DNA of 64,000 nucleotides, from positions 1,106,452 through 1,170,451 of the forward strand of contig NW_002060952.1 of assembly GCF_000150275.1 (NCBI RefSeq), written 5' to 3'. The DNA is from Trichoplax adhaerens (lineage: Eukaryota; Animalia; Placozoa). Position 1 is the first letter of the stretch, and each line of letters starts with the position of its first letter. This document shows, piece after piece, positions 38,635 to 53,002 of the stretch. The notes beneath the pieces were generated by a model that saw only the letters and a program-made list of their open reading frames with translations, was not told where the DNA came from and made no database searches. Position numbers and translations under genes: made by a program.

Positions 38635-40374
38635 CGGATCCATGCTATCGACAGTGGTGGGCGGATGGACATTGGACACTGTTGAATACTCATGCTAGAC
38701 GCTCAAGTAGAGTGCTCAAGTACTCGCTCAACTACATAATACGGTACTGGGTGGTGCCTAAGTTTGGTCAGTTTACCCCTGCATAGTCAATGAAAATCTG
38801 CAACGCTTTGGGCTTGCGAAACTATCAAACGGAACTGTATAAAATTATAGATGAAATAGACTATAGTGACGCAAAATATGCCCTATCATCCTTTAAGGTC
38901 TCTCTTACTTCACTTCACTTATATTTGATCAATTCGCTAGAATTAGCAAAACACTATCTAATCTCACAGTAATTTATAACTAGAGTATTACTCAGCTAGT
39001 TCAGCTGAAGGAATCTTAAAATTGATGCGGCACTACACATCCATACAGTGTCAGCAAAGCCATGGAACCTTGGGCAAACGCGGGTACAGTATAGTTCATT
39101 CATTCTAAATTCAGAATCAGAAATGAATGAAAAATAATGATTACCATTATCATTATTATTCATGAACAGTTCTACTTATCTCTCTGTATAAACAGTGTAC
39201 ATAGAGTTGTTTTATTTATTTCGAATATACTATGCTATAAACTGTATCATGGCAATAATTATAATAATAGACTTTCCATGATGAAGAATTGGATACATAA
39301 TTAATTAATGTATAAATTACTACTTTCGATGCTGATGTCTTATTCAGAGCGGTAGACTCGGTATAGGCATACGATATTGGCAGCTAATAAAGGCGTAAAA
39401 TCCTATGTTCTGATTAAACACTTGGTGAAATTTTTGCCAATGACTGATACTGCCTCGTAGGTAGGTAATATATCGGCAGCCTACCAGCTCGTCGAGTTAC
39501 GAAGGTTAGGAGAGAGCAGAAGGAGGCGACAACGAGCCTTTTATTCGTAGCAACAGTCGCGATTTGCTTGAAGAATATCTTGATACTGATAGCAACTGCG
39601 ATTAAAAATAGAAATAAAAAAGTTGTTGGCTGCAATAATTATATAATTTGCACGAGACTACGCCGGACGCATGGATTTTGAGTTATATCTTTTGCAGGTA
39701 GTAAGCCCTTAGGATAGTCCTGTTTAATTTCATGCTGGTCTTAAAGTAAAGTATTCTATCATCCTCTTGATTCTATAAAATATGATAATGTCTATTCATT
39801 AAACTGTCAAATATCATACATTGGTTATCATTACAATGTCTATGGCCAATGCAGACTAGAATTCCAATAGTAGTCTTCATATATGATTGCTTTTCAATCT
39901 CTTTTTGTTAAGATATGCTTGATAATCGATTTAATCTTGTCAAGATATGATTCTTAATTTTGTTGATCAAAGTTTATTAACTTTCAATATTATAATCATG
40001 CTACCATATTAACGGCCAGCGTAAAATAATTAAACACTTGATATAACTATTAATTTTATTGGTTCATCTGTAATTATAATACCCCATAGATATAATTGGT
40101 CTAATATGTACAGCATTCATTTACTGTATATCCATCACTAAATCAAAACAGTTGTAATCCGAAAAAAATTTAATGTTAAAGATCACTTTTGTTTTAGTAA
40201 TGTAAATCGTTAACATCAGTGTCAGGCTAATATTTCTATTTCAGTGCTAAAAACGATTTTACAAATGGTAATAAGAGAAGCTGTTGAAAGCCTGCTGAGA
40301 ATATACGCAATGTATAAATAGCTATAGCAAGGATGTAGTAGAGGATAAAGGGATATCCCTGTACTATAGAATAA

Positions 40375-41787
40375 TTAGTGCCAATCCTTAGGGTTTTTTC
40401 CATCCAGATAATTTTTCATCATTATGTAAGCCGCATGAGGTTGCGATTCTGGTACCATATGGCCGGCTCCTTTAACAGTCACAAAGTATAAATTCCTATC
40501 ATATTGAGCAGTAAAACCTGCTATTTGTAGTCCATTCTCTTTTCGAATTCGCCACGGCTGATATTCTCCGGATAAGGGCATGTTTAAAAGTTGAATTGCC
40601 CACTGAGCTCCGAGAAAATTACATATCATATCTTCATCACCATTATAAATAAGTACCTTATATTTAGGTAACAACTGCTTATACAACAGGATTGGAGATG
40701 GGTAAATAGAATCATAATTGGTTCTTATTGTTAAATTACACACAGTCCATTGGATAGCTTGCCCAATTGGAGTATGGATTGCCTTCTGTACACGCGCCAG
40801 ATTTAAATAGGCCGCAATTAAACTATTATCCATACACGGTGGTACAGCATAACTAATTTGCTTTCGAGCAAGAGTCAAAATATTGGCATGTTGTCGAATG
40901 TTCATCGAGCTTGAATTTTGACAGTCGCGAGAGACATCGTACATATTCAGGCCTTGTGTAAAAATGATATTGTAAGCTCGTTTTGTATATTTCAAGCAAT
41001 CGCTTTGATGTGACTGAAAGAAATGGCATTGATTATCCGCTATTTGACCATTCTGACAGCAGGTTCGTTGTAATTGCAACCATAGAGTATGATCCAATAG
41101 TCCATGATAACGTGCATAGTACAAAATGGAATTGAAGTTCGAATTCATATCATGGAGACCATTGCCAATAACTAAACCTTTCAAATTGATTGACAAATCA
41201 TTCTTCAAGCGTAAAGCTAATGTTGGCAAATAAACTCCTGCGTAGCTTTCACCTGCAATGTAGAAAGGATGCCGACGATAACTAGGAAATTTATTAAAAA
41301 ATGACTTGATAGCTGCATAATTTTCGTTGGCTACTACGTTATCATTCAATGATTCTGAAATATTATCATTTCGACTATATGAGAAGCCAACACCTACCGG
41401 CGATTCTAGGTAAATAATGTTAGCGAAATGATTCCATGATTTTTGACGTAGACCCAGCGAAAGATCAGGTTTAACGAAAAATGGGCCATGCTCAGCGAAT
41501 AATCCATCTAGCGAACTACAGCCTGGACCACCATTCAGCCATAGTAATAATGGATCGGTAGCCGGATTATTAGCCGATTCAAAAAACCAATAATGCAACC
41601 GATGATTTGGCAGACCATTTAAGTAACCTGAGTAGTGCTTGAAATTGAGCGTCGCGGTAAGGCCAGGTAATTCAGTAACCTCGTCAGGATGTGGCTTCAA
41701 TGTGCTTAAAGAAATTGTATTAACTGATACCACATTAAAAATAGAATACAAGATAAAATAGTTAATAATGTCTCTTTTAGCTATCAT
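40375..41787 (-). CDS. Serine carboxypeptidase S10 (cathepsin A-like), intronless copy 1
   Basis: Signal-peptide-like N-terminus, [16 protein letters not shown] (Ser), NGDEDMICN (Asp), GAGHMVP (His). The first true ATG is at 41787. Confidence 0.95.
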   Translation of the reverse strand: MIAKRDIINYFILYSIFNVVSVNTISLSTLKPHPDEVTELPGLTATLNFKHYSGYLNGLPNHRLHYWFFESANNPATDPLLLWLNGGPGCSSLDGLFAEHGPFFVKPDLSLGLRQKSWNHFANIIYLESPVGVGFSYSRNDNISESLNDNVVANENYAAIKSFFNKFPSYRRHPFYIAGESYAGVYLPTLALRLKNDLSINLKGLVIGNGLHDMNSNFNSILYYARYHGLLDHTLWLQLQRTCCQNGQIADNQCHFFQSHQSDCLKYTKRAYNIIFTQGLNMYDVSRDCQNSSSMNIRQHANILTLARKQISYAVPPCMDNSLIAAYLNLARVQKAIHTPIGQAIQWTVCNLTIRTNYDSIYPSPILLYKQLLPKYKVLIYNGDEDMICNFLGAQWAIQLLNMPLSGEYQPWRIRKENGLQIAGFTAQYDRNLYFVTVKGAGHMVPESQPHAAYIMMKNYLDGKNPKDWH

Positions 41788-44700
41788 CTTACTAGTATTT
41801 CTTATAAATTGCAGATGTGATAGTATACACAATTTTATTAAGAATTACGGTAAACCAAGTAACTTTCTGATTACTCTTGATAGAGATAGCACATACGTTG
41901 TCGTTGATCTAAGATTAAATTATTTAGCCTTTTTTTGAAGTTATTAGTGAATTAGTACGGACTATCTCATCGGAATATTATACATTAAAAAAATTTCATA
42001 TAAATTGATTTAATTTAAGAAGTTATCGAACAAGTGAGAGAATTAATTGCCTGAGTAATAGCAAATTTCCTTTCCTTTAATATCTGATAATTTATGCTGT
42101 AGCAGACAAAAAATGAAGCTTAATTGACTTGATGGCGTTGTATCTACTTGGCTTATTTGCATTACTTAGTAACCAACAAAAAGAATATTTAATAAATGTA
42201 CAGCGGTAAAACCCTATTAGTATAGCGGACATTATTCTCTTTAGTAGTAATATAAAAATAGTATTATTGATAGTGATCCGGTCATTATCTATTTTTTGAT
42301 TTATTATTATTGTATCTCCTATTATCTTACGTAACGTATTGATCTTGTAGAATTTTTAAGATGACAATTTGCTATTTTGGAATCTTTCGATATTTTAAAC
42401 TCTTTAATATCTGCTTGTGTATGGCGACTAGAAGTCCCAGATGACAGATCTGTCGATGCAATACTTCCCTCAGCTGCATCATGATTGAGAGATTAAATTA
42501 ATACAGGCAATACAAATAGTAAATGCTATTTATTCTTATTCTTTCTCCATTCAACACCAATTGAAAAGTCGTCTTAAATAATAGCACTTCTGGATTTTAA
42601 CCCGTTTTGCCTCTATTGGGATTCATTAAGATATTTTAATTAAAAGCATTAGCAATGACACTTTTAATCAAAACGATAAATGAGAAATATTAAGTAATGT
42701 ATATTAGCTTTTCAGTACTTGAAATCAATATCATGTGATATCAATACGTCCAAATCCTACGATTGCCTTTTTGTAAGTTATTCATGTATGCGATTTTAGT
42801 GACTGATTTTTCCAATTGAGGGATGTGGATATTTGCACATGTTCTCAAGAAGCTGCAACATTGAATATTGTGGAGACGTTTATAGTTTTTTATAATGACT
42901 TATCGTATTAATTTTAAAAAATAAATATTGCAAATATATTAATTATAGGGATTGCAGACTATACAGATCCTTAAAATTATCAATGATGTTTTCTTATTAT
43001 AGTGAATGGAATTTTCTCGTTATGAAAGTTGTTATTAAAACTCGAAATGTAGATGCTAGATTCTCGAGGTTGTATACTGTATTATATTTACAAGAGTGAA
43101 TTTTCGCATGCTAATAAAATCTCCAAATAGGATAACTATGAGAGTGGAGTGATTCTATATTACCATCTTGAATGTGATCGACCTGTAATATTGGTCGATT
43201 CATCAATTATGCAAATAATAGACTCATAAATCTAATTCCTAACTGTCAACATCATGAATATTGCATCTATTATTAGAAATAGTAATAACGATCAGGATCC
43301 AGCCGACAATGCTGAATAAAACCTGTCAATATTTGATTTGACAATTATTCTTTTTTAAGATCAATTTAAAATGAGTCATTTTATAGATCAGTAAATAAGT
43401 GTGTCATTTTAGTACTAATTGGATGTGGCTAGATTGGGGCAATTTATATATTTGTTTAAGAGTATTTCATCTATTTTCATGTTAATATCACGAAATTCTC
43501 AACTTCTGATCACTAGTTCTGATCTGTTCCAATATTTAGTAATGGTTTTAGTCGCTTAGATCTTATTTAATTAATAGAACAGTTAATATAATTGCTTTCA
43601 TTGGATTTGTTGCCATATCTGTTGCTGTCACGCTCGCAATAAAATTCCTTTTGCTATATAATAGTGTGCGAATGAAGGGCTGAAATATAATATAATGACA
43701 TCACAGGTTTTTTATTTCTTTTATGTGGATATTCCAGAAAGAATGATTTTTATTCTTTATTAGGTAAATAACATCGAGACAACGGCGGATCAATATCTAT
43801 AGTTGACTTTGCAGAACAATTATAAATTGTTTAAGGCACGATTAACCACGGTTTATTTTTAAGTGGCATACAGTACTATAATACGTAAGTAAAAATAGGA
43901 TTGCTTATACGGCGCCAAGTCAGATGTAAATAGTCTTCGAGTTGCTTTACTTACAAACTGATAGCGGCTACCTAACATATTTAACCTTTTTAAGAATTAA
44001 GTTAATTATTTCTAGATAACGTCTTACGATACGTACTGGTACACGAAATTAAATTGCTGAGATTAATAATCAATGGGAATTCTGATTATGATGTCCACAA
44101 ATTATAAATCGAAGATCGATTTGAAGTATTTTCAATACCCGATGTAAAGAATCGTTCAAATCATTTGAAGACTTAAAATAATTTTTTTGCAAGTATCCTC
44201 AGATAACTTGTTAAGGTTATGTTGTTCTTAGAAGATTTATCACTAGCTTACACTTTTAGTAATCATACTCTCATTTTGTGCTATCTTTTGTCTGAGTATA
44301 GAAATAAATGTAAGCTTTCTTTGAAAACCTGCTATACATTAGTTTAGTTTTATCATAAGAAATTTCTAGTTCAGTGTTCTTAAATTGAAACAGATAATGT
44401 AGGATATTATACTCAAATCTAGTTTAGAGAGATTAAAGATCTGCCATAAAATTAACGAGGCCACAGCCTTCTAGGAACAAACACTGCAATACATATAATT
44501 CAGAGTATAAAATTTTGCTCATTTAATAATTATGAAGCCCATTATATTATATCTATAAACTAATTCGGTGATTAACGTCCACTATCCACAATCAGTAATT
44601 AGATTCTAAAGAGAATTTGTAAATGTTGCTATTAGCTGCAATCATCAGTTGATAATAGCCAAACCTAGGGTGGCAAGATCTGTAAGATAAAGTTCATTAT

Positions 44701-46594
44701 TGTCTATTATCTTATAGTCGCTGGAATATAACAATGACGAGTTAAAGATTAGTGCCACCTTTCATTTTAGTGTTAATCAATACTGGCCTTATATACGACT
44801 TATATATTACACTCAGTAATTATATTAGGTTATAAAATTTAGAATTTGTCTTTGCAGTAAATATAAAAATATTTGTAATTCGTAATGAGATCTTTTACAA
44901 TGCTAGTAAGGTGATCAAAATTCATGCCAATAATTTAATATGATTGAAGACAACTTTCAAGGAAGTTATCAAAATTTTCATAAAAGTGAGGAAAAATTGA
45001 GTTAGCTATGTTGCTTTACTTGCATTCATGAACGATAAAAATATGACTGGTAGTTTTATAACTATGGTGCTGTGATAATAGAAATGAAATTTTCCATTTT
45101 AAAAATTTAATGGATTATAAAGTTAGTGATTGCATGTATGCAAACATGGAGAATTTCGTGTAATGTCTCTTAAATGAAATTAATAATGACGGAGAAATAG
45201 AATGTAAGATTGAAAAGGTAATGTGTAAGGTTTATCCATATTAATTTAACTTTTCATGTTGCATGGTGGCAGCTTAATGGAATGGTCTAATCCACAAAGT
45301 GTGATACTTAGTTTTAAAATCCAAACGGAAGAGTGCATTATAAGGATCGCAAAATAACCGGTCTTAAGGGTTAAAGAAAATTGATCACTAATAGCTTATG
45401 ATATCTGTGATGCGTTGTCTATAATATGCTATTAACGATACTTGTACCATGTAATCAAAAATTTTTTACATCAATCGATTCAAATTTCATTACAAAATTG
45501 GTTATTTTAATTCAGTTAAAACATGATATAACGTGAAACTGGTATTGTAGAATAACATAAAATTTCCACCTTTATTATTTGATGATTGATTAATTATTCA
45601 AAGATTCCAGTCCATGAAACTAATTATAGAATAAGAATTAATATAATTGTTATAGATCAGAAATTAAATAATGTTCTGTATCATGTCGAAGTAAAATTGT
45701 TGTTAGATGTTACGAAAATGCAGCGGATAACATATATCACCTGCTATGAAAAAGTCTCACAACTTCAGTATTAATTAATATTAATGTAAGACAATATCTA
45801 TCAGTAGTAGCGGAGCTTAACTAATAGCTGTCTTTCGTTTTAACTGAGAAAAACAGCTTGATTAATACTTTCACGTATAAGAGGTATATTTATAGTGTCT
45901 TTTTGAGTAATTCAAGTCAAAATAAATTTGATGGTGATATATTAGAACGGCATTTCTAGTTTATTTCTTCTTTGTTTAATTTACAAAAATATCTTTACAA
46001 GTAAAAGCAGTGTCAAATTATAATCCCGAGTTATGATATCGTCTAGTCACCTCCATAAATAAGCACTGCCCAATTAATCTTCCAAAGCCTTCATAATATC
46101 GTAATTTTATATCCAAATATTAGGAATTTACAATAAAAATTTTGAAAACAAAATCAGACGGAAATAAAGTCCACTTGTAAATAAACCTACGTTATTGTTA
46201 TGCGAGGCTCATCCTCCCGATACGCACTAAAATTCAGGCAGATCCGTATTTACAGCATAGTATCATCAGAAGGATAACTTAAGAAAGCACTAATGAATTG
46301 GAGCGGTGTCAATAAATTCTAACGACAATATTATTGCTTTTTGAATTACGGAATCCAAAATACAATTATCGTTAATAAATTAATGTAGTCAATTATTTGT
46401 CATTATCTATGAAGAATAGTGAGTTAAAAAGTAGCTGCGGCTCTTTCTATGGCTAGTTTTCATTTAAATCTCAAATTTAATAAATGCCAGATGTACTAGA
46501 TGTGATATAGTAATCTTAAAATATAAATATTAGAAAGAATTCATATACAATAGATTTTAAAATAAGAAATTTTAACTGTGATTGTGTTATCTAG

Positions 46595-46693
46595 TCACAG
46601 ATGTTGACAATTCCCGACTATTTATAATTTTACAGACACTAATCACCGATGTTGACAATTCTAGACTATTTATAATAATACAGACATTAATCT
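46595..46693. repeat. Two-copy 48 bp tandem duplication
   Basis: tcac(a/c)gatgttgacaattc..gactatttataat..tacagaca.taa at 46595 and 46643. Confidence 0.85.
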
Positions 46694-48442
46694 TTAATCT
46701 GTCAATATGGGATTAGCCGTAATAGATAAATATCAGAATAAATTTAAGATCAAACGATATACTAATGCTGATATAATTACTGAATTTATGAAAGAGCTGC
46801 AATAAATTTAGAGATTAACTCTTTTTAATTATAAAACTATTCTATCATATCGTTTAGATAATAACGTCTTTATCATAGCGGGAGTATTTTGGACGATTTC
46901 TTATAACAATTAATCGACTCCATCAAATAGACTGAAATCACGTATACACTTATAGTATTGAAGAAATTTTTAGGCTATGCCACTTCCGTATCTGCATACG
47001 TTGGCTTTCCATTCGCCTTCAATAACGTATTATTAGGCATTTCTTACAATTAGCAATTTCGTAGAGAAAGAAATCTGCTTCGATAAAGAAAGCAATCTCA
47101 GAATATACTAAATTATTTTATAGTAAGCGAATGAGTACCATACGATATTCACTCATAAGTTAATCAATTTCTCAACATTTCCGGGACTAAATAAATTAAT
47201 TTACAGGATTAAAGTAACTTTATTTATAGAATCGAATATCTGAACCTAGCAATGCCATATAACGAGTACTCAGCATGCCACCTTAGGTAGAATACGGTGC
47301 TCGAAGATTATTCTAAATGGACTTGCAATACAGGAAATGGAAGGTTTATTGATATAGACGTATCATCAATCTTATATCTATACGATAATGCATTACTAGC
47401 TAGAATTGAGCTACAGCAAGTAAATTGTATTGTTACTTAGTGATTGCAAGAGTATACGAACAATATGCTGTTAAATTATCACAAAATTAACGTAAAAGTA
47501 GTAATCAACTGTTATCATTATATATGCCAGATGTACAGTTAATATCTTGCTTCTATCACAGAGTGTCTATTAACCATAAAAATAAACCTTCAGCATACTT
47601 AGCAAGTAAAGGCTTGCGAATAAATGTTGGGTAATTTTTTCCTGCAAACTATTAGTTACCGCTTACTAAAGCCACAGTTTTTCTTTCACTTCGGAGTGCA
47701 ATGCAATGCAAAAAGATTTAAAAACTAAAGATGTCCGAAATGTCTTAGATATATATTTAAAATAGTTTATTAAAGTACTACAGAACATGTAAGAATTTAA
47801 TAAGAAAAAAATATTTAATGATATTTAGGATCTTTCAGTTACCATTAATTTCCTAAATTACCTTGTTTGATAAGTTTAAATATTACTAACTAATCCTTGC
47901 ATATCATAATCGAATTAGTTTAAACGCGATCTGGAGAAGTACACTGTGGTATTTTATGCGATAAGAATAATTTGGAGGATACAAAAAATGCTGCTATTTA
48001 CTACCACATTAAATGTCTTGCTTGTTTTACCTAGATGCTTAATATTTATACTAATTACGGCAAACACAAGCAATTTCGCAAATTGCCGTATATTACTTCA
48101 AATATTCTTTACAAGAAATATCTGAACTATTGCTTTATGTTTCAACTCGTACTTGAGGAGTATCATAAAGGAAACAGATTATTATAGTCTAATAATCGTT
48201 TCATAAATTTTTATCCATGTAATCCAATTCATCTCTGCCAAACGTGTATGGTAATATAGAGTAAATAATATTACATCAATGATGCAGATTTTCCATCACT
48301 GCAGCAGGCATATGAATATTTTAAGCGAAACCTTTTGGGTAAGAGCAATTATTGAACGCCGCAAACTAAAAGTATTATATGAGAAAGTTTTCATAAAGCA
48401 AACTGCGCCATTTTAGAATATTGCGACATTAATACGGTAATT

Positions 48443-49939
48443 TTAAGATATTATCTCAATCAATAGTGTTATTGCAATAAAAACGACGGCTACTATGAAA
48501 CCAGCTGTAGAACTAGATACAACCATGGAAGTAGCCGGCTTAGCTTCCAACCAAGTTTGAAGCATGATAAATGCTTCCTGTGGTTTATCTTCAGGCACTA
48601 AGTGACCAGCACCCTTGATGGTGACAAAATGAAGGTTAGGATACGTAATTTTATAACCGGCTATTTGCTGTCCGTTTTTATTAGTGACATGCCATGGTGT
48701 ATAAGCCGAAATTGGTTGCAAACCTAATTCTTTCATCACCCATTCACCACCTAAGTAATTGCATGTACCATCAGAATCTCCAAAAAATATTAACATACGA
48801 TACTTTTCAAGTAGTAATGGAAATAATTTATAGGACGAAAAGGTTTGTACTTTATAGGTTCGTTGAACAAATGTACGGCACAAGGACCAATTCAATGACT
48901 GACTATGAATATTTAATGCTCGGCGAACTTGAGGTAAGCGTAAATACTTCTCATCTTTAGTATCATCGTAGCATGGTGGCGTAGCGAAACTTTTATAAGC
49001 CAGCTCCATCAATAATGTTTGACTAGTGCTAACATTGATGCTATTTTGTGAGTATTTGTAACTTTTGTACACACAATCTTGATACAGATCATAGCGATTT
49101 AATCCACCAAAGAAAACTAAGTTAAAAAGTTTTTGGTAGAGTGTTTTACATGTTGTATTAGTACTTTCATAGAACTTGCATATGTCTCCAACACAACAGG
49201 CTTTAATCAAATTTTGATACAATTGGGTACTAAAATATCCATGATAGTATGCAAAGTACACTAAAGAATTAAAATTCATTGCATAATCAAGGATACCATT
49301 ACCAATAGCAATTCCTTTCAATTTTATCGATGGATCTTTCATTAATTGAACTGCTAAAGTGCTAAGGTAGACTGAAGCAAAACTCTCACCAGTGATATAA
49401 AAATCATTTTTTTTAAAAGTTGGAAATCTTCGAAAAAATTCTTGAAGAGCGACAAGATTTGTTTCGGCTGTAGCAGAATCGTTGAGTCGATATCGTGTAT
49501 ATTTATTATAGGAGAAACCAACACCTGCTGGCGATTCAATATAGAGCATGTTAGCCAAACGATTCCAAGTATATTCGCGTAAATGAACTTGTAGATTATC
49601 TGATACATGGAAAGGCCCGTGTTCAGCTATTAGTCCATGTAATGAACTACAACCAGGACCACCATTTAGCCACAAGGCAAGAGGATCACTGGTGGGATTC
49701 TTTGTTGATTCAAAGAACCAATAATGCAACATGTCGCCATCGACTGAGTTCAAATAACCAGAAAAATGGCGAAATGTTATGTTCCCGTGTAGATTGGGCA
49801 CGCTAAGAACTTCATCGGCTAAAGCTTCTTTAGTATAGACAATGTTACTGCATTGTACAGCAGGAATGGAATGAGTTATCAACAAGCTAAAGGCAATAGA
49901 CAGCCATACTAGTTTAAAATTGAATGGGTGATCGGCCAT
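48443..49939 (-). CDS. Serine carboxypeptidase S10 (cathepsin A-like), copy 2, with hydrophobic C-terminal tail
   Basis: [32 protein letters not shown]-terminal extension ATSMVVSSSTAGFIVAVVFIAITLLIEIIS. The first ATG is at 49939. Confidence 0.95.
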   Translation of the reverse strand: MADHPFNFKLVWLSIAFSLLITHSIPAVQCSNIVYTKEALADEVLSVPNLHGNITFRHFSGYLNSVDGDMLHYWFFESTKNPTSDPLALWLNGGPGCSSLHGLIAEHGPFHVSDNLQVHLREYTWNRLANMLYIESPAGVGFSYNKYTRYRLNDSATAETNLVALQEFFRRFPTFKKNDFYITGESFASVYLSTLAVQLMKDPSIKLKGIAIGNGILDYAMNFNSLVYFAYYHGYFSTQLYQNLIKACCVGDICKFYESTNTTCKTLYQKLFNLVFFGGLNRYDLYQDCVYKSYKYSQNSINVSTSQTLLMELAYKSFATPPCYDDTKDEKYLRLPQVRRALNIHSQSLNWSLCRTFVQRTYKVQTFSSYKLFPLLLEKYRMLIFFGDSDGTCNYLGGEWVMKELGLQPISAYTPWHVTNKNGQQIAGYKITYPNLHFVTIKGAGHLVPEDKPQEAFIMLQTWLEAKPATSMVVSSSTAGFIVAVVFIAITLLIEIIS

Positions 49940-52900
49940 ACCGCTCAATTGCTATCTAACCAAGTTAAATTAGTAAGGTAAGAATGACGACTTTTGAGGT
50001 AAGTTTAAATCCTTTTCGACTTTGAGCTGTTTATTAAATTATTACGTAGGAAAACCTGGTTTTATCCTTTTATCAATGAATCCAAGAATAAAATAGAATG
50101 CACCAATTACATTAAAAATATCGAATTAGAATCGCACTACGGTAAAAATTGATTCGACGCACTTCTAAAAGCGATTTAACTCATAAGACAAAGTAGTAGG
50201 GTCCAACATATACGAATATATTTTCCTAGGCTAACGTAATATCATCAATTGTCATTACCTTAGTATGTCTGCTAAGTAAAAAATATTTTCAAAGCGCTTT
50301 CAATAGTAAAATAGCGCAGCTTCGGGCAAGAGCATGATTTCATAAATGATTACACGACAATGGGCATCTCGTGTTTGTAATCGTCTATCATGTTTATATA
50401 TATATGTTATATATGTATCTCAAAGACTTATTCTTTAATTGGTAACAATAGAAGACAGACAATTCAAGAAGCAATTTAATGTATTATTGACTTTGAAATG
50501 AGTAATTTTATGCCTTTTTTTCTTTATTAAAACAATCTACTGGATCGAATGACCGTAAAATTTGGTAGTTTCCATTAAGGACATTATGAATAGAATCAAA
50601 CCAGTGGTTCTTCGAGCTTGATGTGCCTGGCACCAGTGTAATAAGTTAGGCTTGATCATTCGGAATATGAAAGTTTCATTGAATTGATCGATCTCAAGTC
50701 ATATTTAGTACCGTATGCTTACTTTTTCTAAGGCAAATACCGCTGAAATTGAGAAATTTAGACTTATAGTGGCTCTTCACCATTATTTTAATGATACAAT
50801 AACGCTAATTGATAGAACGTAATTATAATTTTAGGAACAGCTATTTCTGCTAGATAAGAAGATAATTTGATATTGTTCAAGATAGGAATAATTAATTATC
50901 GTAATGATGATTATTGATTTCCTTACTAGTTCAATTATCTTTGTCCTATAATAACAGCATTATGCCAATACATTTACTAATTTAAGTTCGTGAAAGATAA
51001 GAAAATTAACACGGCTATAAGGATAGTTGATGGCTCTAGTATTGGTCATCAAAGCATCACTAATGAGAAATATTGTACCGTAATAAGTATATCAAGCAAC
51101 GAAAAACATGATCATACTGTAATGTAGAATTAAATAGTATAAGCGTACGACAGAAGGAATTGACAAATTCCAATCTACATGTCTTAACTAAGATCGCATC
51201 CTGGTAAATTAATTAAAGGAAGTACTGAACGATGGCTACTGCACGAGTATAACATTAATCGATTTCAAAGACTATTTACTACCACTTCTTTATTTTTAGG
51301 ATTTCATAATTCGAGCTATAATTGACAAGGCTCCGTTCAGAGATTTATAGTGCTTTTTTCGCTATTATCACCGACCGCCTGCATATCTATCTATGTTTAC
51401 AATTTAATGATCTATGTCCGCAAGATAACATTATAATTCTACTTCTGGTGTTATTCGGTTGATATTTGACTATATGTAAACAAGTAGTGTAGAATAAAAT
51501 CTGCCGATCTGGTAGGATTTAATCTTTCGTTCGTTTATATAAGTTACTACAAGATAAATATTTGTTGGACACGTACAAAATTATTCAAAGATCAACTACG
51601 CTATTCTTTTCTTAAAGAAAAGTAAAGAAATCATAACCTATTTTCTAATCAACTCCGAATAATCATACCCTCATTCTAATGTTCAATTATAAGAACTTGA
51701 AATCTTTTCGCATATCGAAATTTTGTAATTAGACAATAAATGAAATTAATCTAAAGTAAATTACTGCAACAGATATTAACTGTCAAAAACATCAAACGTA
51801 CAACATATTTGCAGAAAGAAAATTTTGATTAAGAAACAGGCATATTTTCACTCGCGCATTGTAATTAACCTCATTCTAATTAGTTTAAATGATGACTGCC
51901 TATGTGATCACGATGGGATATTGTACATTTTTAGTCATATCATAATTACATGGCATAAGAGTTACAGAGGGAACTTTTTGTTTACATGATAACAGCATTA
52001 AAGTATAGGTTAGAGATGTACTGGAATTTAGATAACCATCTTCACCGTTGTATACAGAACAAATAAATTTACGGCTTAAAACTTGTTAATCAAAACTGCT
52101 AACTGAAATAATCGCTGAAATAAAAGGGATGAAGGTTTTATGGAGTATCATTCCGTTTGCATCAAAATCAATTTCATAGTGCTACCATGCATACCTTTAT
52201 AATTGGGCATCGTGTCCGTGCCGTAAATTAACACTAACGTAATTGAGCGTTACCTAAATTTCACTTCTTATCGAAAGGTGAAATCAACTGATGTAGATGA
52301 CATCGTCAAATCAGTTTAATGCCTAGAGTCAGTATTGCAAATTTTTACACAATTTATTACAATCACCTGCTAGTGCATGATTATAATTAGAACATTTTTT
52401 AATGCAAGTTTAAAAGAATTTTTTGATAATCCATAATACGCCACATTATGCGCTGAAATTAGATTCGGGTAATTAAATATTATTCTTATATATACAGTAA
52501 TCCGATCTTAACCAGTGGTTGATGTTGCTTTATAATCCTATCGTAAGTGATTGATTGACTAAAATTAGATTAGCAAAACGATGAAAAGCCTTCCAAAATG
52601 AATTAATTCAAAAAATGACAAGCAGAATCTATGCTAATTAAGTCTTCCAGTTAATTAAGAATGCTATGGAGTAGATTTAGTAATACTTTGCTAAGTAGTT
52701 AGTAGTCGTAGATATGTAATTTGAATATAATGTATGTAATAAAATGTCTACTTTCGGGAATCTAGACTTTTGAACCTATTATATTATTCTATTAGTTTGG
52801 TTACAGCTACACGGTTAATTGCATAGCACGATTAAAATAGAGTTCAATAGATATATTCGGTTCAAAAATAAGGTTTGAAAATAACCAAAGACCATGATAA

Positions 52901-53002
52901 AATAATGTTGCATGATAGAAAAATGTTGTAATATAGAGACACTCTAGCGCTGCCAGTTTTGCCTAATTCGATATCAGTTCGTCGATAGTGAATAGAGCAT
53001 TA

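Noticed and set aside
48694-49608. Small ORFs overlapping carboxypeptidase copy 2
   Set aside because: Alternative-frame or antisense shadows with no independent evidence.
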